From NCBI RefSeq assembly GCF_006345805.1, contig NC_043021.1, positions 16,368,001 to 16,432,000 of the forward strand: a DNA stretch of 64,000 nt, in the 5' to 3' direction. The notes beneath the pieces were generated by a model. The model was not told the DNA's origin. It ran no database searches and saw only the letters and a program-made list of their open reading frames with translations. Source of the DNA: Octopus sinensis. Taxonomy: Eukaryota. Numbering within the stretch: position 1 is the stretch's first letter; each line of letters starts with the position of its first letter. A program made the translations under genes and the position numbers. Shown piece by piece: positions 39,772-52,474 of this stretch.

Positions 39772-41001
39772 CTAAGAATAACAGAATAATAGATTAGCAG
39801 AATGTAATAATTTGTGGAGTATAAGATTGGAAAATGCTAATTTAATCAAATCTTGAAACATGGGACTGAAAAGCAAGCTTCTGTGTGTGTGTGTGTGTGT
39901 GTGCGTGCGTGTGTGTGTGTGCGTGTGTCTGTGTGTCTGTGCGTGTGTGTGTGTGTTTGTATGTGTGTTTGTGTGTGTGTGTGTGTTTGTGTGTGTGTGC
40001 GTGCGTGTGTGTGCGTGTGTCTGTGTGTCTGTGCGTGTGTGTGTGTGTTTGTATGTGTGTTTGTGTGTGTGTGTGTGTGTGTGGTGTGCATGTGTGTGTG
40101 TGTATGTGCATGTGTATGTGTGTGTGTCTGTGTGTGTGTGTCTGTGTGTGTGTATGTGTGTATGTGTGTGTGTATGTGTGTATGTGTGTGTGTATGTGTG
40201 TGTGTATGTGTGTGTATGTGTGTTTGTGTGTATAATGCATGCATATGCGCATGCATGTGCACACGCACACATAGGCGTAGACTGGAGAGGAATGAAAGTT
40301 GCATGCTCCATTGGGTTTGTAGTATCAGTGTTCATGACCGACAGAGCATAACTGTGTTGAGCGAAAAGGTAGGCATAAGAGGGATTAAATGTGACACGCA
40401 GGAGAGGAGAATGCAATGGTTTGGACATGTGATACGCATGTGTGAAGACAGCTGTATAAAGAAATGTCTGCCACTGAAAGTGGACGGTACCTGTGGTAGC
40501 CCATCATATATATGTGTGTATATATATCCCTCTCTCTCTTTCGGAGAGGCACTGAGCACCTACGCGCACATATACACACATGGCAGTAACTTCCACCTAC
40601 CGAATTCAATCACAAAGCTTCGGTCGACTCGGGGCTATAGCAGAAGACACCTACACAAAGTGCCACGCAGTGGGACTGAACCCGAAACCATGTAGTTAGG
40701 AAGCAAGCTCCCTAACCACACAGCTACACCCGCGCCTACAAAAATATGTAAGCACATATGCGCAGCGCTATGCGTGTGGCAAGCTTTCTACGGCCAGATG
40801 CCCTTCCTGACGCCAACCCCCACCTGTTGCCAAGCAAGGTAGTTTTTCCCTCTCTCTCTTTCGGATATATATATGTATGTATGTGTGTGTCTGTGTTTGT
40901 CCCCCCAACATCGCTTGACAACCGATGCTGATGCGTTTACCTCCCCATAACTTAGTAGTTCGGTAAAGAGACTGATAGAATAAGTACTAGGCTTACAAAG
41001 T

Positions 41002-41310
41002 AAGAAAACAGCACAGCTCCCATGACTTCAGGAAACATTTTTTCACGCTGAGAGTTGCTGAAGCAAGGAACAAACTGCCGGCATCAGTTGTTAGTTGTCG
41101 GAGCACTGCATCCTTCAAAACTTCCATGCTTCCTGAGATTCGCCAACACTACACCTGATTTTCTCCCTTCCATACACACACAAGCATGTATCTGACTCAT
41201 ACATTGTTCGCTTTCCAGACATTTCTACATTACTGCATGTACTTTATATGCACTTTCTGACAAGTTGTGGTGCACCTGAGCACTGTATACAATAATTTCA
41301 TTATTATTAT
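41002..41310 (+). mobile_element. 3' end and 3' UTR of the same CR1-like LINE family
   Basis: Near-identical to 10412-10575, then ~140 nt of UTR ending in (ATT)n. Confidence 0.85.
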
Positions 41311-42575
41311 ATATTATTTTAAAGAATAAGTCCCGGGGTCGATTTGCTCGACTAAAGGCGGTGCTCCAGCATGGCCACAGTCAAGTGACTGAAACAAGTA
41401 AAAGAATATCAACTAAAGCTCAAATTCACAGGCTTTTGACCTGTGACTAGATTGACGAGTGTCAACGCACAGAACGCTCTGACCTTGAGTCACTGTTTAC
41501 TTTCGCTAAATATTAGTAAAAAGATACATAAAAAAAGATTCTATTTTTGAGTTCAGCTTTTCCTGTTTGCTTCAAAATGCCTGTGTTTGTGTGTGTGCAC
41601 GCATGTGTGTATATACACATACACACACACACATGCACACACACACACACAGTCTTCCTCATCATCTTGTTATCATTTTAATGTCCATTTTTCCATGCTT
41701 TCATAGAAAAATCTGCTCACAAGGCTTTGGTCACACTGGGGCTGTAGGAGAAGACACTTGATCAAGGTGCCATGCAGTGGGATTGAACCCCCAAAAACAT
41801 CTGGTTGGGAAGCAAACTTCTTAGCTACACAGCCATGCATGTATGTATGTATGTATGTATTCTTTTACTTGTTTCAGTCATTTGACTGCGGCCATGCTGG
41901 AGCACCACCTTTAGTCGAGCAAATCGACCCCGGGACTTATTCTTTGTAAGCCCAGTACTTATTCTATCAGTCTCTTTTGCCGAACCGCTAAGTGACGGGG
42001 ACGTAAACATACCAACAACGGTTGTCAAGCAATGCTAGGGGGACAAACACAGACATACAATCACACACACACACACACACATATATATACATATATACGA
42101 CAGGCTTCTTTCAGTTTCCGTCTACCAAATCCACTCACAAGGCTTTGGTCGGCCTGGGGCTATAGCAGAAGACACTTGCCCAAGATGCCACGAAGTGGGA
42201 CTGAACCCGGAACCATGTGGTTGGTTAGCAAGCTACTTACCACACAGCCACTCCTGCGCATGTATGTATGTATGTACCGTAAATCCTCAAGTATAGTCTG
42301 CCCTTGAGTAAAATACGCAGGAGATTTTTAGGGGGCTGTACCTCTGAAGACTTAAACCTTGTGTATAATACGCACCGCTTCTCTAACTTGAGTCAAGGAG
42401 GTCTACATAACATCCTTGGTTTGTAAAAATGTATACAATAACGTCCTTTATTATTACTGTATGTATAACATAATGCAAACGTGTAGCTTTTTTGTGCATT
42501 TTGTTTGCAGAAAATAAAGAAATAACAGTAATAACGTTTAATAAATGTTGCTTACTGCAAGTTATGAATGATTTA

Positions 42576-42810
42576 AGGCGGCGAGCTGGCAGAAACGTTA
42601 GCACGCCGGGCAAAATGCTTAGTGGTATTTCGTCTGCTGCTACGTTGTGAGTTCAAATTCCGCCGAGGTCGACTTTGCCTTTCATCCTTTCGGGGTCGAT
42701 AAATTAAGTACCAGTTACGCACTGGGGTCGATGTAATCGACTTAATACCTATGTCTGTCCTTTTTTGTCCCCTCTGTGTTTAGCCCTTTGTGGGCAATAA
42801 AGAAATAGGT
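42576..42810 (+). mobile_element. Third SINE family (gcctttcatcctttcggggtcgataaa..agtaccag core)
   Basis: Recurs at ~23590-23800, 35235-35430, 55900-56020(-) and 61960-62200. The core resembles Nin/Deu-type SINE central domains (inference). Confidence 0.75.
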
Positions 42811-43478
42811 ATTTTCACACCTGACATCACAAAATGCGTCTGAATAAACATTGCCGGACAGCAAATAGAGACTCGGACATTGCTTAGAAAATAATTTCCA
42901 TTTTTAACCTTGTATATAGTACGCATTAAGGATTTTGACCTTGGGAAAAAAGTGCGGATTATACTCGAGGATTTAATTGTATGTATGTATGTATGTATGC
43001 ATGCATGCATGCATGCATACATGTATGTATGTATGTATGTATGTATTTATGTGTGTGTGTATGTATGTGTGTGTGTATGTATGTATGTGTATATGTATGC
43101 ATGTATGTATCAATGCATGTATGAATGCATGCATGCATGCATACATGTGCATGTGTGTATGTATGTCATTATTCAGTTTTAGTTCAAGATTTCTTGCCAA
43201 TAGAGAAAGAACCGGTTTCTAACCTAGATCCAAGGCTCATTCATTGGAATTTCAACATCAACAACAGGGTATTTTTGTATGTATGTATGTATGTATGTAA
43301 GTATGTATGCATGCATGTATGTATGTATGTATGTATGTATGTATGTATGTATGTATGTATGTATGTATGTATGTATGGATGGATGCATGTATGTATGTAT
43401 GTATGTATGTATGTATGTATGTATGTATGTATGTTGTATGTATGTATGTATGCATGCAGAGTCATTTATAGAGCTTAC

Positions 43479-43627
43479 GTGTAAAGGTGAGTTCCCGAAT
43501 CTCGTTCCAGCTGTTCCCACATTGGATAGGCTTCTCTCATCATATTGGCAAATATTTCCTGTAAGTAGGCCTTTCGGATAATCCGACTCTGTCCGTGGGA
43601 ACTTCCCCTGGTGTGAGGCAGTGGGAA
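43479..43627 (-). CDS. PIPOX: PIPOX paralog B, coding exon 2
   Basis: 149 bp, tccAG..GTaagc. Encodes [50 protein letters not shown]. Confidence 0.95.
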
Positions 43628-43784
43628 CTGGATCAAGAAAGAAAGAAGAGAAAGATGAAGAGAGAGAGAGAGAGAAAATAACAAACAATGTGTAATAAAC
43701 TAGTCAAATCGCCCTCAAATCACATCTTACTGTCTACATAAAAAGAAGGATACTTTTGATATTGTTGTCCTTGATACACTTATA

Positions 43785-44610
43785 TCAAAATCTTGTTCAA
43801 GAAAATTATCATTAGAGCTAATTTCACAATTCACACTATTGATTCTACTCTTGTTCATAGATTTTGATTAAAGATAATCCCTAATTCTTCATTTATTATA
43901 TGCTGCTACAATTTCAGCCAAATTTCTAGTGGCTGAATAGGAAAATTTTATACTATGGGGATTAAATATTTTCCCACATTTACTTGAAGGTGAGAATCAA
44001 TAGAATTGATAGTGAATTGTGAAATTAACTCTGATGATAATTTCCTGCACTAGGTTTTGATACTTTAAGTAAAAGTAATTCCAATTCTGATTATACAGTT
44101 AAGTTAACACCTAGTTTGGATATTAATTATAATACTATAATGACTTAACACCTAATTCTGAGACGAGGACTAGTGATAATTCTTTTAACTATGAGTACCA
44201 AATACAAGTGAATAAATAACTGTGTAATTGTAAAAACAAAATTATCTGTCCTTTAGAAAATCAGTGTTTAAGGAAAAATATAGCGTATCAGTGTAAGGTA
44301 ATAGCAGGAGATCATAAGTATTATTACATAGGTTTGTTCACTAAAGTTTGGAAATCTAGATCTCATAACCATTCACATTCATTTAAGTACAGAAGACAAG
44401 GTAATTCTACAAATCTTAGTAAATGCATTTGAGATTTAAAAATAGGAACAATAAGTATGGTTTTAAATGGTCAATTATTAGTTATGCACCATCTTATAAT
44501 ACTGGTAACTCTAAATATGATGTTTGCCTTGAGGAGACATTATATAATTACTTCTAAATTATCATCATTAGATTATGATGGTAATTTTACATTGAAATGT
44601 TGTAAAATAT
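43785..44610. mobile_element. PLE remnant: GIY-YIG endonuclease (+) with inverted upstream linker (-)
   Basis: Plus strand ~44215-44560: NCKNKIICPLENQCLRKNIAYQCKV..YYYIG..HNHSHSF..NSTNLSKCI*DLK / KWSIISYAPSYNTG..VCLEE. Minus strand ~43890-43980: GKIFNPHSIKFSYSATRNLAEIVAAYN. Confidence 0.8.
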
Positions 44611-44974
44611 ATATATATCACCGTGATCACTGTGACCGACCAGGCTATCAGATGTTGTTACACATCGACCGTGATCACCGTGACCGACCAGGCTATCAGA
44701 TGTTGTTACACATCGCTGGTCACAATGTGCTTCGCATTGTTTTAGCCTTCAAATGACGCCACCCTGCTGGCTAAGCGAGCAGGCCAACAGTAGAAAGAAT
44801 GAGAGAAAGTTGTGGCAAAAGAGTACAGCAGGGATCGCCACCACCACCCTGGCGGAGCCTCGTGGAGCTTTAGGTGTTTTCGCTCAATAAACACTCACAA
44901 TGCCCGGTCTGGGAATTGAAACCGTGATCCTACGACCGCAAGTCTGCTGCCCTAACCACTGGGCCATAGCGCCT

Positions 44975-45063
<89 letters not shown>

Positions 45064-45064
45064 G

Positions 45065-46030
45065 GAATCAGATGTGGTGTGCAAGAGAGACAACTGTGCT
45101 GGTATGGTCATGTGATGTGTTTGGACAAGGACAGTTGTGTAAAGAAGTGCCTAATTCTAACTGTGGAGGGAACCTATGATATGGAAAACATGGGATGAGG
45201 TGGTGAAGCATGATCTTCGAAATTTGAACTTCACAGGGGCAATGACTAGTGACCGAGACCTTTGATGATGTGCTCTGCTTAAGAGGACCCATCAAGCCAA
45301 GTGCACCCATGCAGGTGGCATGTAAAAAAATCAACCTTTGAACGTCGGGTCTCACGGAGGCAAAGTGGCTGAGTTCTTTTCCAGTGTTGAGTCTCACAAA
45401 GGCGAGGCGGCTGAGTTCCTTTCGAGCAGGCCTCATAGAGGCGAGGTGGCTCAGTTCCTTTCGAATGCTGGGCTTTATGGAGGCAAAATGGCCGAGTTTC
45501 TGTGCCTCATGGAGGCAAGGTGGCTGAGTTCTTTTCGAACGGGCCTCATGAAGGCAAGATGGCTGAGTTGCGTTTGAGCCTTGAGCTTCATGGAGGCAAA
45601 GTGGCTGAGCTCCCTTTGAGTGCTGGACCTCACAAAGGCAATGACCAAGACCTTTGGCATTATTTCGTGCTTGAGAAGAACCATCAAGCCAAGCAAAATC
45701 ATAGTGATGGCAGATACCGGTGTCACAGAAATGGCACCTGTGCCAGTAGCACATGAAAGGATCCATTACCTTCCTTGGTCTCATCAATAATATATACCTT
45801 TGTATATATATATATTCGTGCTGGTGCTGTGTAAACGCATCCATTCCTGTAACATGCTAACAGCACCCAGCACACTCTGTAAAGTGGTTGGTGTTAGGAA
45901 GGGCATGCAGCCATAGAAACCATGCCACAACAGACAGCTGGGGTCTTGACAGCTACCTGGCTGGTGGTCAGCTCCTGTCAAACCGTCCAACCCATGGCAG
46001 CATGGGAAATGGATATTAAACGATGATGAA
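45065..46030 (+). mobile_element. RTE-clade LINE 3' fragment with internal ~35-bp tandem repeat
   Basis: Same RTE motif at 45065-45300, about 8-9 copies of ggcctcatggaggcaaagtggctgagttcctttcga at 45335-45640, then the tail. Confidence 0.75.
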
Positions 46031-46391
46031 GAAGACAATAATTACGTAGCATATATATATATATATATATATATAGGTGAGAAAGTTGGTGTGTGAAAGC
46101 ATCTGGTTAGATATATAAAAAATAGAAAAGAGTGAAAAAACTACAGAAGGCTTGTTTCATAAGGTTAAAGAATATATTTAAGTCGTTATGTTAGAAAAAT
46201 GTTATAAAATTTTGTGTATAGAATTTGAAAAGTTTACACAAAACCGGTTTTTCTCCAAAACCTATGTCACTATCCACAAAATTTTATGATATTTTTCTAA
46301 CATAACAACATAAATATATTCATTAACCTTATAACACAGCCTTCTGTAGTTCTTTCACTCTTTTCTATTTTGTATATATATATATATATTA

Positions 46392-46433
<42 letters not shown>

Positions 46434-46435
<2 letters not shown>

Positions 46436-46486
46436 GAATGCTCGCCTGCCACGCGGGCGGCCTGGGTTCGATTCCTGGCCGATGCA
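46434..46486 (+). pseudogene. 5'-truncated tRNA-Gly(GCC) fragment
   Basis: TAGAATGCTCGCCTGCCACGCGGGCGGCCTGGGTTCGATTCCTGGCCGATGCA matches the D-arm end, GCC anticodon arm, T-arm and acceptor 3' strand of eukaryotic tRNA-Gly. The first ~18 nt are replaced by (TA)n. Confidence 0.8.
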
Positions 46487-46557
46487 ACTTAACTTTTAAT
46501 GGCGGTGCCCCAGCATGGCCACAGCTCGTGAACTGAAACTAGATAAAATAAACATAT

Positions 46558-46590
<33 letters not shown>

Positions 46591-46684
46591 TATATGTTAT
46601 ATTTCGGAATGGTCATATTGCCAGTTTAGCCAATAAGTCTTGAACAACAAATATTTAACCGTACTATACATATATATATATATA

Positions 46685-46771
<87 letters not shown>

Positions 46772-46783
46772 GTATATATGTAT

Positions 46784-46835
<52 letters not shown>

Positions 46836-47155
46836 AGAGAGAGAGGATTAAGTAAACAAAAGTAATAAATGAGAGAAAAATGAGAGAGAAGGAAATGGTA
46901 TGAAATTAGTAAAATTAATGCACAAACATTAATTAAGGCAAAAGAAATTAAGATTAACAAAAGCAGAAAGCCTTCTGCACATGCACATATGCATACACTC
47001 ATGCACACAAACACACACATACACGTGTACACACCCATTCATGTCCTTTGCATGCTGCTTCACAAATATATTCACAGTAACATTGAACACAAAATTATGA
47101 AATTTATGAAATATAAAAGCAGGAATACAAAATATTTCATTGAAAGTTATTCTAC

Positions 47156-47260
47156 CTGTTCCAATAATAAAGTTCTGTAACCATTTTTCTGTAGGTAGTG
47201 GGCTGTAGAGGAGCCATTTATACCAGCTCCAACAACTATAGCATCGTACATGGCAGCCAT
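47156..47260 (-). CDS. PIPOX: PIPOX paralog B, coding exon 1
   Basis: 105 bp, [35 protein letters not shown], with an upstream acceptor at 47273-47274. The eight exons sum to 1143 nt (380 aa plus stop) with consistent phases. Confidence 0.95.
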
Positions 47261-48662
47261 ATTTCTCTGACACTGTTAGAAAAGGTATTTAGGGTAAGAG
47301 CATTTATTGAAGTTTAATTTAATCAAGTAGCGTGTTTGCTTAGAAAGAAAGAAAAAAAAAACAGAAATAAAGATTAGATTGATATCAAAACTGAGGAAAG
47401 ATTATCAAAGCATGTCAAATATAATTTAACACACATATTCTCTCTCACACACACACACATACATATATGCACACTCCTCACACACACATACATACATATA
47501 TAGGCCAGTGGTTTTTGAGGTCTGAAGATATGCTGTAAGGGTAAAATCCTTATGAGGGAGAAACCCAGGGTAACCTCATAAACCGGTCTACCCCACTTGA
47601 GAACTACACAACCAATTTCATTCAAATTTTACACATGCCTTACTTAGGGTCCGGGGGGGTGTCATTGGTAAAAAAAATTTTGAACTCTTTGCCTTGGGTG
47701 AGCCCACAGCAATATCATATCTTCTCCACTCTGATTCCCTAAAACTTGAGAACTACACAATCAATCTCATTCAAATTTTACACATGCCTTACTTAGGATC
47801 CATGTAATGTCATGGCCAAAAAAAATGTTTAACTTCTTGCATAGAGCGAGCCCACAGCAATATCATATCTTCTCCACTGTTTCAGTATTACGTGTTAAAA
47901 GTGAAACAAAAACATCTCTCTATTGTATGTATATGGATGTATATATATATTACAAAATATAAAGTTATATCTTGAGATCGTTAGTGACAACAATGCTCAA
48001 AATATATAACAGACTGGAACAGTAGTGCTCAAATGAGCTGTATACACTTTTTAATCCAAGGGGAGGCAATGCGAGCAGCAACTACAAGAGCACTACAAAA
48101 TCCACAGAAAGATCAAACACATACATATATTCATATATTCATTTATATCTACAGAACAGACATAAGCCTGACGTTTAGAAATATATAGTAATATATAAAT
48201 ATATAAACATCATATAAAAATATATTATACGCATAAGATTCACTCGACGTTCCATAAGAAATTTAGAAATAAAAATTGCAATAAAACTTAGAGGTAATAA
48301 TAACAATTGAATTAAATATAGTAAATATAGTAAGTAGTAATTAAAATAAAACTAAAGTATGGTAATTAAAAGAAAAAATAGCAATTGGTATAAAATGTAT
48401 CAAGGACTTGAACTCGAATATGTGGCTTTGCATGAATGGAAGAAATTAAAAGATGAAAAACTTAATTGAGTGCAGAAGTGAATTAGTCCAGATGGAGCTG
48501 TGCGCATACCATTTACTATAGCTGCTAGATTGAATTATATGCTTATAAAGTAGCATTCAGTATCTATGAGAATTTTTGGGAGTACGTAATGTCTGGTCTT
48601 TCGCATGTAGCAGGTATGTAATTGTGCATTTGTTTCCGTGTACTATGTGTTGTGTGTAAAAA

Positions 48663-48744
48663 CATCCTGATGAGGGGAGTGTCAATTTTAAATATATGAT
48701 ATGTTTCGTATTAATTGGTGCATATCCGAAACGGCCTGTAGATG
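48663..48744 (+). ncRNA. Type I hammerhead ribozyme motif (second family)
   Basis: cauc-CUGAUGA-GGG..gugucaauu(loop)aauuggugc..UCC-GAAAC-GGCCU-GUA^gaug. Stem I extends across an internal loop; stem III is minimal. Confidence 0.7.
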
Positions 48745-49048
48745 AACTTTTATGTATTTTTGTAAATTTGCATATTTGTCTTCTATGTATTTTTCTCTGG
48801 AATTTTAATTCGTCTTTTTAATATGTCCATTGTATGTTTTATTACCCAAATTTTTAATTTAACAAATTTATACCAAACTAGCAGGAGTGGCTGTGTGGTA
48901 AGTAGCTTGCTAACCAGCCACATGGTTCCGGGTTTAGTCCCACTGCGTGGCACCTTGGGCAAGTGTCTTCTGCTATAGTCCCGGGCCGACCAATGCCTTG
49001 TGAGTGGAATTGGTAGACGGAAACTGAAAGAAGCCTGTCGTATATATG

Positions 49049-49083
<35 letters not shown>

Positions 49084-50310
49084 TTGTGTGTCTGTGTTTG
49101 TCCCCCTAGCATTGCTTGACAACCGATGCTGGTGTGTTTACGTCCCCGTCACTTAGCGGTTCGGCAAAAGAGACCGATAGAATAAGTACTGGGCTTACAA
49201 AAGAATAAGTCCCGGGGTCGAGTTGCTCGACTAAAGGCAGTGCTCCAGCATGGCCGCAGTCAAATGACTGAAACAAGTAAAAGAGTAAAGAGTAAAGAGT
49301 AAAGAGTAACACTATGACCTGGCAATAATAACGTAAGCATAGCCCGTAACGGCCTATCTCTTACCTCTTGATTTGTATGATGTATAAAGGATAAAATCTC
49401 TTTATATATGTATATGTATTACTCATAACGCTTTTACTTGTTTCAGTCATTTGACTGCGGCCATGCTGGGGCACCGCCTTTAATCGAGCAACTCGACCCC
49501 GGAACTTATTCTTTTGTAAGCCCAGTACCTATTCTATCGGTCTCTTTTGCCGAACCACTAAGTAACGGGGACATAAACACACCAGCATCTGTTGTCAAGC
49601 AATGCTAGGGGGACAAACACAGACACACAAACACACACATGTATATATATATATATATACATACATATACACGACGGGCTTCTTTCAGTTTCCGTCTACC
49701 AAATCCACTCACAAGGCTTTGTTCGGCCCGAGGCTATAGTAGAAGACACTTACCCAAGGTGCCACGCAGTGGGACTGAACCCTGAACCATGTGGTTGGTA
49801 AACAAACTACTTACCACACAGCCACTCCTGCGCCTATTAGTAGATGTTTTTTTTTTTTGCGAATGTATGTATATGCATATATATGTATTTGTTACCTGTG
49901 TATATATATATATATGTATGCAGAATAAGACTGAAGTTTCAATTTTGACTGTATGATATATGAATATAATGACATAATGTGTTGAATTAATGTGCTTGCA
50001 TCTTTCATAGGCATCTGTCTATACATTATGTTATACTATATTGTATATGTGATATATAATATATTATATTATATTATACTATATTTTATGTGGTATTTTC
50101 CATCTACTATGTATTGTGAATAGCAGAATACACACAATCTAATATTGGTATTATTAATAATAATAATAATATTAATAGTTTTGGTAATGTAATGAACTTT
50201 GAACTTTGTATATGTACCCATTGATGTGGATGTATATGTATACTCCAGTATATATATTTGATTATCTGTAACTTTATGTGTATGTATATTATTATAGGAT
50301 ATACTTATTA

Positions 50311-50341
<31 letters not shown>

Positions 50342-50411
50342 CTTCTTGTGTATGTGTATTTTGTTTCATATTTATATTTGCATTTTTATATTTTTATAAT
50401 TGTACTTTATA

Positions 50412-50537
50412 ATCTCTGACGAGGCCTTGAGATATATATATAAGTAACTCATTTTTAACTGCATATTACCTCAATACATCTGATTAATATAGGCAGAATG
50501 AGATACCTTTATCTACAGGCTGAAACAGCTGTAAGAT
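50412..50537 (+). ncRNA. Type I hammerhead ribozyme motif (third family)
   Basis: aucu-CUGACGA-GGCCU(~90-nt loop)AGGCU-GAAACAGCUGUA^agau. Palindromic stem III ACAGCUGU; G-U instead of G-C at the base of stem II. Confidence 0.62.
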
Positions 50538-50889
50538 CCATTTTATGTGTATTATTTTTATGGTATTATCTTACTTATTGATGTATAATGTTTTATTTAG
50601 TTGGATTTAGATGTTCCTATTTATGTAGTTGATAAATAATATGAATTGGTAATATCTGTAAGTCAATGATTGAAATGAATCTGTTCCTCCATTTTCTTAT
50701 TTATATTATGAATTTTAGGTAAAATATTTTACCTTCGCCCATCTAATACAATAAACGAATTAATTGCATTGCAATTATAAGCATTTATGTGTTTGCCTTT
50801 GAGTGCTTCATCACCTGTATATTGGATAACTGATATCCCATAGTGGGTTACACTCATAACCCCTATCTCACATTGTACTTATAAATATA

Positions 50890-50920
<31 letters not shown>

Positions 50921-51398
50921 TATATATATATACACACACACAGTCGTCTCTCTTGCACACTACATCTGATGCTTCTTGGGTCCAACTTTTCACTCAAGGT
51001 ACTTACACTCTGTCGAGTATATATATGTATATATATATATATAGGCCCAATGCTCAAAAGTGGTTGAGTTCCTTTCAAGTGTTGGGCCTCACGGAGCCAA
51101 TGACCAAGACCCTTGGCATTATGGCGTGCTTGAGAAGAAGGCCCATCAAGTCGGGCAAAATCACAGTTGTGACAGATAGGCAAATACTGGTGTCACACAA
51201 ATGGCACCTGTGCTGGTGCCACATAAAAGCACCCGCTACACCCTTGGAGTGGTTGGCGTTAGGAAGGGCATCCAGCCATAGAAAACCATGCCAAATCAGA
51301 CTGGAGTTTGGTGCAGCCTTATAGCTTGCCAGCCCCAGTCAAACCGACCAACCCATGGACAATGGTCATTAAATGATGATGATATATATATATATATA

Positions 51399-52366
51399 TT
51401 TAAAGAGCTAAAAACCACTATGTGGTCAGCCGTATGCTAGAAGTAGATCACCTACAATCAAACTACAAAGAAAAGAATGTTCTCTAGAGAAAAATTCAGC
51501 GGACACCAGACAAAATGCGGGCAAGACAGATGAAAATTATATAAAAAGCAAGAATTAATCGCAGACCGGCTGGATTTTTCTCTAGAGAACATTCTTTTCT
51601 TTGTAGTTTGATCGTAGGTGATCTACTTCTAGCATATGGCTGACCACATGGTGGTTTTTAGCTCTTTAAATATACACATGTATCAGAATTTTCTCTGATT
51701 TTTCAGATTTTTGTATGCTAGGCTACTGGTTTTAAATTGATATTAATTAAATTAATATTCAATTTATCTCCCTCATTATTTAAATGTTATATATACAGGG
51801 TGTCCCCAAAAAATGTATACACACCTTAAATAATTGTAAATTTGTTATTCTTTGTAAGCCTAGTACTTATTCTATTGTTCTCTTTTGCCGAACCACTATG
51901 TGTATATATACAGCGTGTCCCCAAAAAATGTATACACACCTTAAATAATTGTAAATTTGTTATTCTTTGTAAGCCTAGTACTTATTCTATCGTTCTCTTT
52001 TGCCGAACCACTATGTGTATACATTTTTTTGGGACACCCTGTATATATATATATATTTATACATGCATACACACATATCCAACATTGTCGCATCGGCTTA
52101 AGAAGGACCAAAGGTTAATGTGTTTGACTTGATATGATAACATTGTACTGATGGAGCCTGCTCGCACCACCACCACCACCACTACCACCACCATCACCAC
52201 CAACACCGCCGCCGCCGCCATAATCAGTCGTCTGTACTCACTATCATTTTGGTGTTTTACTGACTTATCTCTTTTCTTTGGTCTATGTTCCTTATCATCA
52301 TCATCATCATCGTCATTATTGTCGCCATCATCATCACGTGTATGTGTAAGTATATATGTGTGTGTC

Positions 52367-52407
<41 letters not shown>

Positions 52408-52425
52408 ACACACACATATATACTT

Positions 52426-52474
<49 letters not shown>

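Noticed and set aside
45335-45640. Regular ~35-bp repeats, CRISPR-like at first sight; also ~60-bp units at 5820-6070 and 7990-8150
   Set aside because: No unique spacers, eukaryotic context, and located inside RTE 3' regions.
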